This document shows, piece after piece, positions 29,738 through 32,000 of a stretch of 32,000 nucleotides of DNA; within the stretch, counting starts at the first letter, position 1, and each line of letters begins with the position of its first letter. Source of the DNA: Candidatus Methylomirabilis limnetica (GTDB taxonomy: Bacteria; Methylomirabilota; Methylomirabilia; Methylomirabilales; Methylomirabilaceae). A program made the translations under genes and the position numbers. The notes beneath the pieces are model-generated. The model was not told the DNA's origin, ran no database searches, and worked only from the letters and a program-made list of their open reading frames with translations. Location: assembly GCF_003044035.1 (NCBI RefSeq), contig NZ_NVQC01000015.1:30001-62000 (forward strand), given 5' to 3'.

Positions 29738-29768
29738 GGTGGATAGGCTGAAGGCTGTTAAGGGTAAA
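29738..29768. repeat. Heptamer-periodic tract (AGGCTGA type)
   Basis: ...aggtggat aggctga aggctgt taagggt aaagcg. It is inverted relative to the tract at 29899-29937; GGCTGAAGGCTG pairs with CAGCCTTCAGCC. Confidence 0.55.
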
Positions 29769-29898
29769 GCGATGACGTCGCAGAGCGTCGAAGCGTGTGG
29801 ACTTGTTGGCCTATGAGGAGTCCCCTCTGATAGAACCAAAGGTCGTAGAAATCGGAAAGGTCTTGAATGGCTTGATGTGTGCTTTGTGAGATAATTTA

Positions 29899-29937
29899 GA
29901 GCCTTCAGCCTACAGCCTTCAGCCTAAACGCCTAAGT
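29899..29937. repeat. Heptamer tandem repeat (CAGCCTN x about 5)
   Basis: gagcctt cagccta cagcctt cagccta aacgcct aagtag. Confidence 0.65.
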
Positions 29938-30069
29938 AGTTACAGCGAGGGCTGGCGAGGCTTGTGGGGGTCCAACCCCTCTGCTATAGTGGTGGCTGCT
30001 ATGGTTAGTATATTGAGCGTCGTATAAGTGATTACCCTTGCCGATGCCAGAAGTCTAGAGGTATAGCCT

Positions 30070-32000
30070 ATGCGACGACCACCCCGAGCTATCGTTGCGC
30101 TGCTCTGGTCCTTCCTGCTGCTGATGGCCATATCGCTAGGAGTCGTCGGGGGCCTATTGGTCACGTACCTCCAGGACCTCCCGACGCTTGACGCGCTTGA
30201 GGAGTATCAGCCCAGCCTCGTGACCACACTCTATTCAGATCACGATGAACCTTTTGCCACCTTCTTCGAGCAGAAACGTTCCTGGGTTCCGCTGGACAAT
30301 ATCTCTCGCCATCTGATCAATGGAATTATCGCGGTCGAGGATGCTCAGTTCTACGAGCATCATGGGATTAATTTCCGAGGCCTCGCCAGAGCGTTTCTGG
30401 TGAATCTCCGGGCTATGCGCCCCGTTGAGGGGGGCAGCTCCATCACACAGCAGTTGACTAAGATACTGCTCCTGACTCCGGAGAAAAACCTTTCCAGGAA
30501 AGTCAAGGAGGCCCTCCTGGCGGTTGAAATCGAGAAACGGTACTCTAAAGAGAAGATCCTTGAACTCTATCTCAACCAGATCTACTTCGGACATGGCGCC
30601 TATGGGGTGGAGTCTGCCGCCCAAACCTACTTCAAAAAGTCGGTGGATCAGCTTAACATCGCCGAGGCTGCAACCCTAGCCGGGCTGCCACGGGCGCCTA
30701 ACTACTACTCTCCCATCACCGATAAGGAACGGGCCATACGTCGCCGAGACCATGTGTTGGCCCGGATGACTGAGCGAGGATTCATCACCAATGAGCAGGC
30801 CGCTTCCGCTTTCACCGTCACCTTCGACGAATTTTCGTTCGAGAAAACTCGAAACCTCGGCCCCTACTTCGTCGAGTACATCCGTCAGCAACTGGAAGAG
30901 AAATACGGTACATACGCCGTATACCATGGCGGCCTGAAGGTCTACACCACACTGAACATCGACACGCAACGGAGCGCCGAGTCGGCTCTGATAGAAGGAC
31001 TGAGGGGGATCGACAAGGCCAAAGGCTTTCGTCTTCCTCGCACACGATCCTTGACCGCACACGATTCCGGCAAGTCCCCCCTCTCGTACCTGATCCCGAA
31101 GGTAGGGGAGACTCTCAGCGCAACAGTCACGAAGATTCTGCCAAGAGCGATCATAGTTCAAGTCGGCGGGTATCAAGGTGACATTGCCCTTGACAAGGTA
31201 CCATGGCTCAACGCCTCGCAACCGCACCAACAGCTTCAGATCGGTATGGAGGTGAAGGTTCAGGTTGTCAGCGTCAACAAGCGAAAAAAGACTCTCGATC
31301 TGAATCTCGAACAAGATCCCGAGATCGAGGGCGCTTTCCTCGCCCTGGATCCGAGGGACGGCGGCATCAAGGCGATGATAGGCGGGTACGACTTCGAGCG
31401 ATCCAAATTCAACCGTGCGACGCAGGCCAGGCGACAGCCCGGCTCAGCCTTCAAACCGTTTATCTACGCCGCTGCCTTTGATCGCGGCTTCACCCCTTCC
31501 ACAATCATTAATGACGCCCCCGTAAGCTTCCCGTTCCTTGTGGACGGCAAACGAATCGAATGGAAGCCGGAAAACTATGACCGGAAGTTCCGCGGCCCGA
31601 CTACATTACGATACGGACTCGAACACTCCACCAACGTCGTCGCGGTGAAGCTTATCGAGCGGATTGGAGTCGATCCGGTCATCACGCTGGCCCATGATCT
31701 AGGAATCGAGAGCACGCTACGGAGGGAATATGCCCTGGCTCTCGGCGTCTCGGAGGTTACATTATCGGAGATGGTCTCGGCATTCGGTGTCTTTGCGCAT
31801 TCAGGAATCCGGTTTCTGCCATACAGCATCAGGAAGGTGGTGGACAACAAGGGGGCACCCCTGGAAGAGTACGTCCCGGTGAGTCAGCGGACGATGAGGG
31901 AGGAGACGGCATTCATTTTGACCAACGTCTTAAAGGGTGTCGTCGAGAGAGGGACTGGGTCTCGAGCGCGCGTACTGGGAAGACCTGTCGCAGGTAAGAC
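30070..32000 (+). CDS. mrcA: Class A penicillin-binding protein (PBP1A-type transglycosylase/transpeptidase), 3' end outside the window
   Basis: Not in the supplied ORF track because there is no stop before the window end; I translated frame 1 from ATG 30070 by hand. The frame is open to 31998. Features: N-terminal anchor; GT51 motifs EDAQFYEHHGI, GGSSITQQL and RKVKEALLAVEIE; an OB/S1-like insert (ATVTKILPRAIIVQVGGYQGDIAL...VKVQVVSVNKRKKTLDLNL); and TP motif SAFKP. Minus-strand ORFs 30235-31314 are its shadows. Confidence 0.9.
   Translation, partial: MRRPPRAIVALLWSFLLLMAISLGVVGGLLVTYLQDLPTLDALEEYQPSLVTTLYSDHDEPFATFFEQKRSWVPLDNISRHLINGIIAVEDAQFYEHHGINFRGLARAFLVNLRAMRPVEGGSSITQQLTKILLLTPEKNLSRKVKEALLAVEIEKRYSKEKILELYLNQIYFGHGAYGVESAAQTYFKKSVDQLNIAEAATLAGLPRAPNYYSPITDKERAIRRRDHVLARMTERGFITNEQAASAFTVTFDEFSFEKTRNLGPYFVEYIRQQLEEKYGTYAVYHGGLKVYTTLNIDTQRSAESALIEGLRGIDKAKGFRLPRTRSLTAHDSGKSPLSYLIPKVGETLSATVTKILPRAIIVQVGGYQGDIALDKVPWLNASQPHQQLQIGMEVKVQVVSVNKRKKTLDLNLEQDPEIEGAFLALDPRDGGIKAMIGGYDFERSKFNRATQARRQPGSAFKPFIYAAAFDRGFTPSTIINDAPVSFPFLVDGKRIEWKPENYDRKFRGPTTLRYGLEHSTNVVAVKLIERIGVDPVITLAHDLGIESTLRREYALALGVSEVTLSEMVSAFGVFAHSGIRFLPYSIRKVVDNKGAPLEEYVPVSQRTMREETAFILTNVLKGVVERGTGSRARVLGRPVAGK

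Noticed and set aside
29645-29760. T-box leader upstream of tyrS
   Set aside because: The available leader is too short. It lacks a specifier-loop/T-box (AAxxGGGTGGTACCGCG-like) sequence and a terminator/antiterminator pair.
30235-31314. 129-aa and 212-aa minus-strand ORFs near the right end
   Set aside because: They are antisense shadows of the class A PBP gene (30070-32000, plus strand). That gene has unmistakable GT51 and transpeptidase motifs, but it is absent from the ORF track because it lacks a stop in the window.

Overview
Manual read only (no searches); RNA gene ends are good to about +/-5 nt. The window is a chromosomal segment of a roughly 58% GC bacterium. The 16S gene contains exact matches to what I recall as the NC10 / 'Candidatus Methylomirabilis' specific primers, so this is probably a nitrite-dependent methanotroph relative; this needs checking by alignment.

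Layout:
- 1-8.6 kb (+): a metal, plausibly copper, handling and uptake cluster. It holds a copD 3' part, two small His/Cys membrane proteins ending in R(A/S)PP, an excisionase-type HTH gene, exbB-exbD-tonB, a TonB-dependent receptor, a PepSY-type membrane protein with Asp-box repeats, and an SmbP-like small metal-binding protein.
- 8.9-12.6 kb (-): metH.
- 12.7-14.4 kb (+): a decayed 5' stub of a nifS/iscS-type gene with an intact promoter, running into an OprO/P-type porin gene.
- 14.4-15.3 kb: non-coding repeat-rich DNA.
- 15.3-17.4 kb (+): an unassigned three-gene heme module (pentaheme c, monoheme PAS-like c, bis-His b-type membrane protein).
- 17.8-18.7 kb (-): a six-tRNA array (Pro-Arg-His-Arg-Arg-Lys) in which every spacer is built from heptamer-periodic inverted repeats.
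- 18.7-22.3 kb (-): amiC-gerMN-rph-rdgB.
- 22.5-28.3 kb (-): a complete rrn operon (promoter, boxA, 16S, tRNA-Ile, tRNA-Ala, boxA, 23S, 5S, terminator).
- 28.4-29.6 kb (-): tyrS.
- 30.07-32.0 kb (+): a class A PBP. It is missing from the ORF track because it runs off the window.

Most unusual observations:
- A ComEA-like protein gene sits inside the 23S-5S spacer, bracketed by a 9-nt direct repeat that includes the 5S 5' end.
- The heme module matches no named system I know.
- A heptanucleotide repeat family is dispersed through the window. In the tRNA spacers its G-rich arms resemble a telomere repeat and could form G-quadruplexes.
- The nifS relic appears to donate its promoter to the porin gene.
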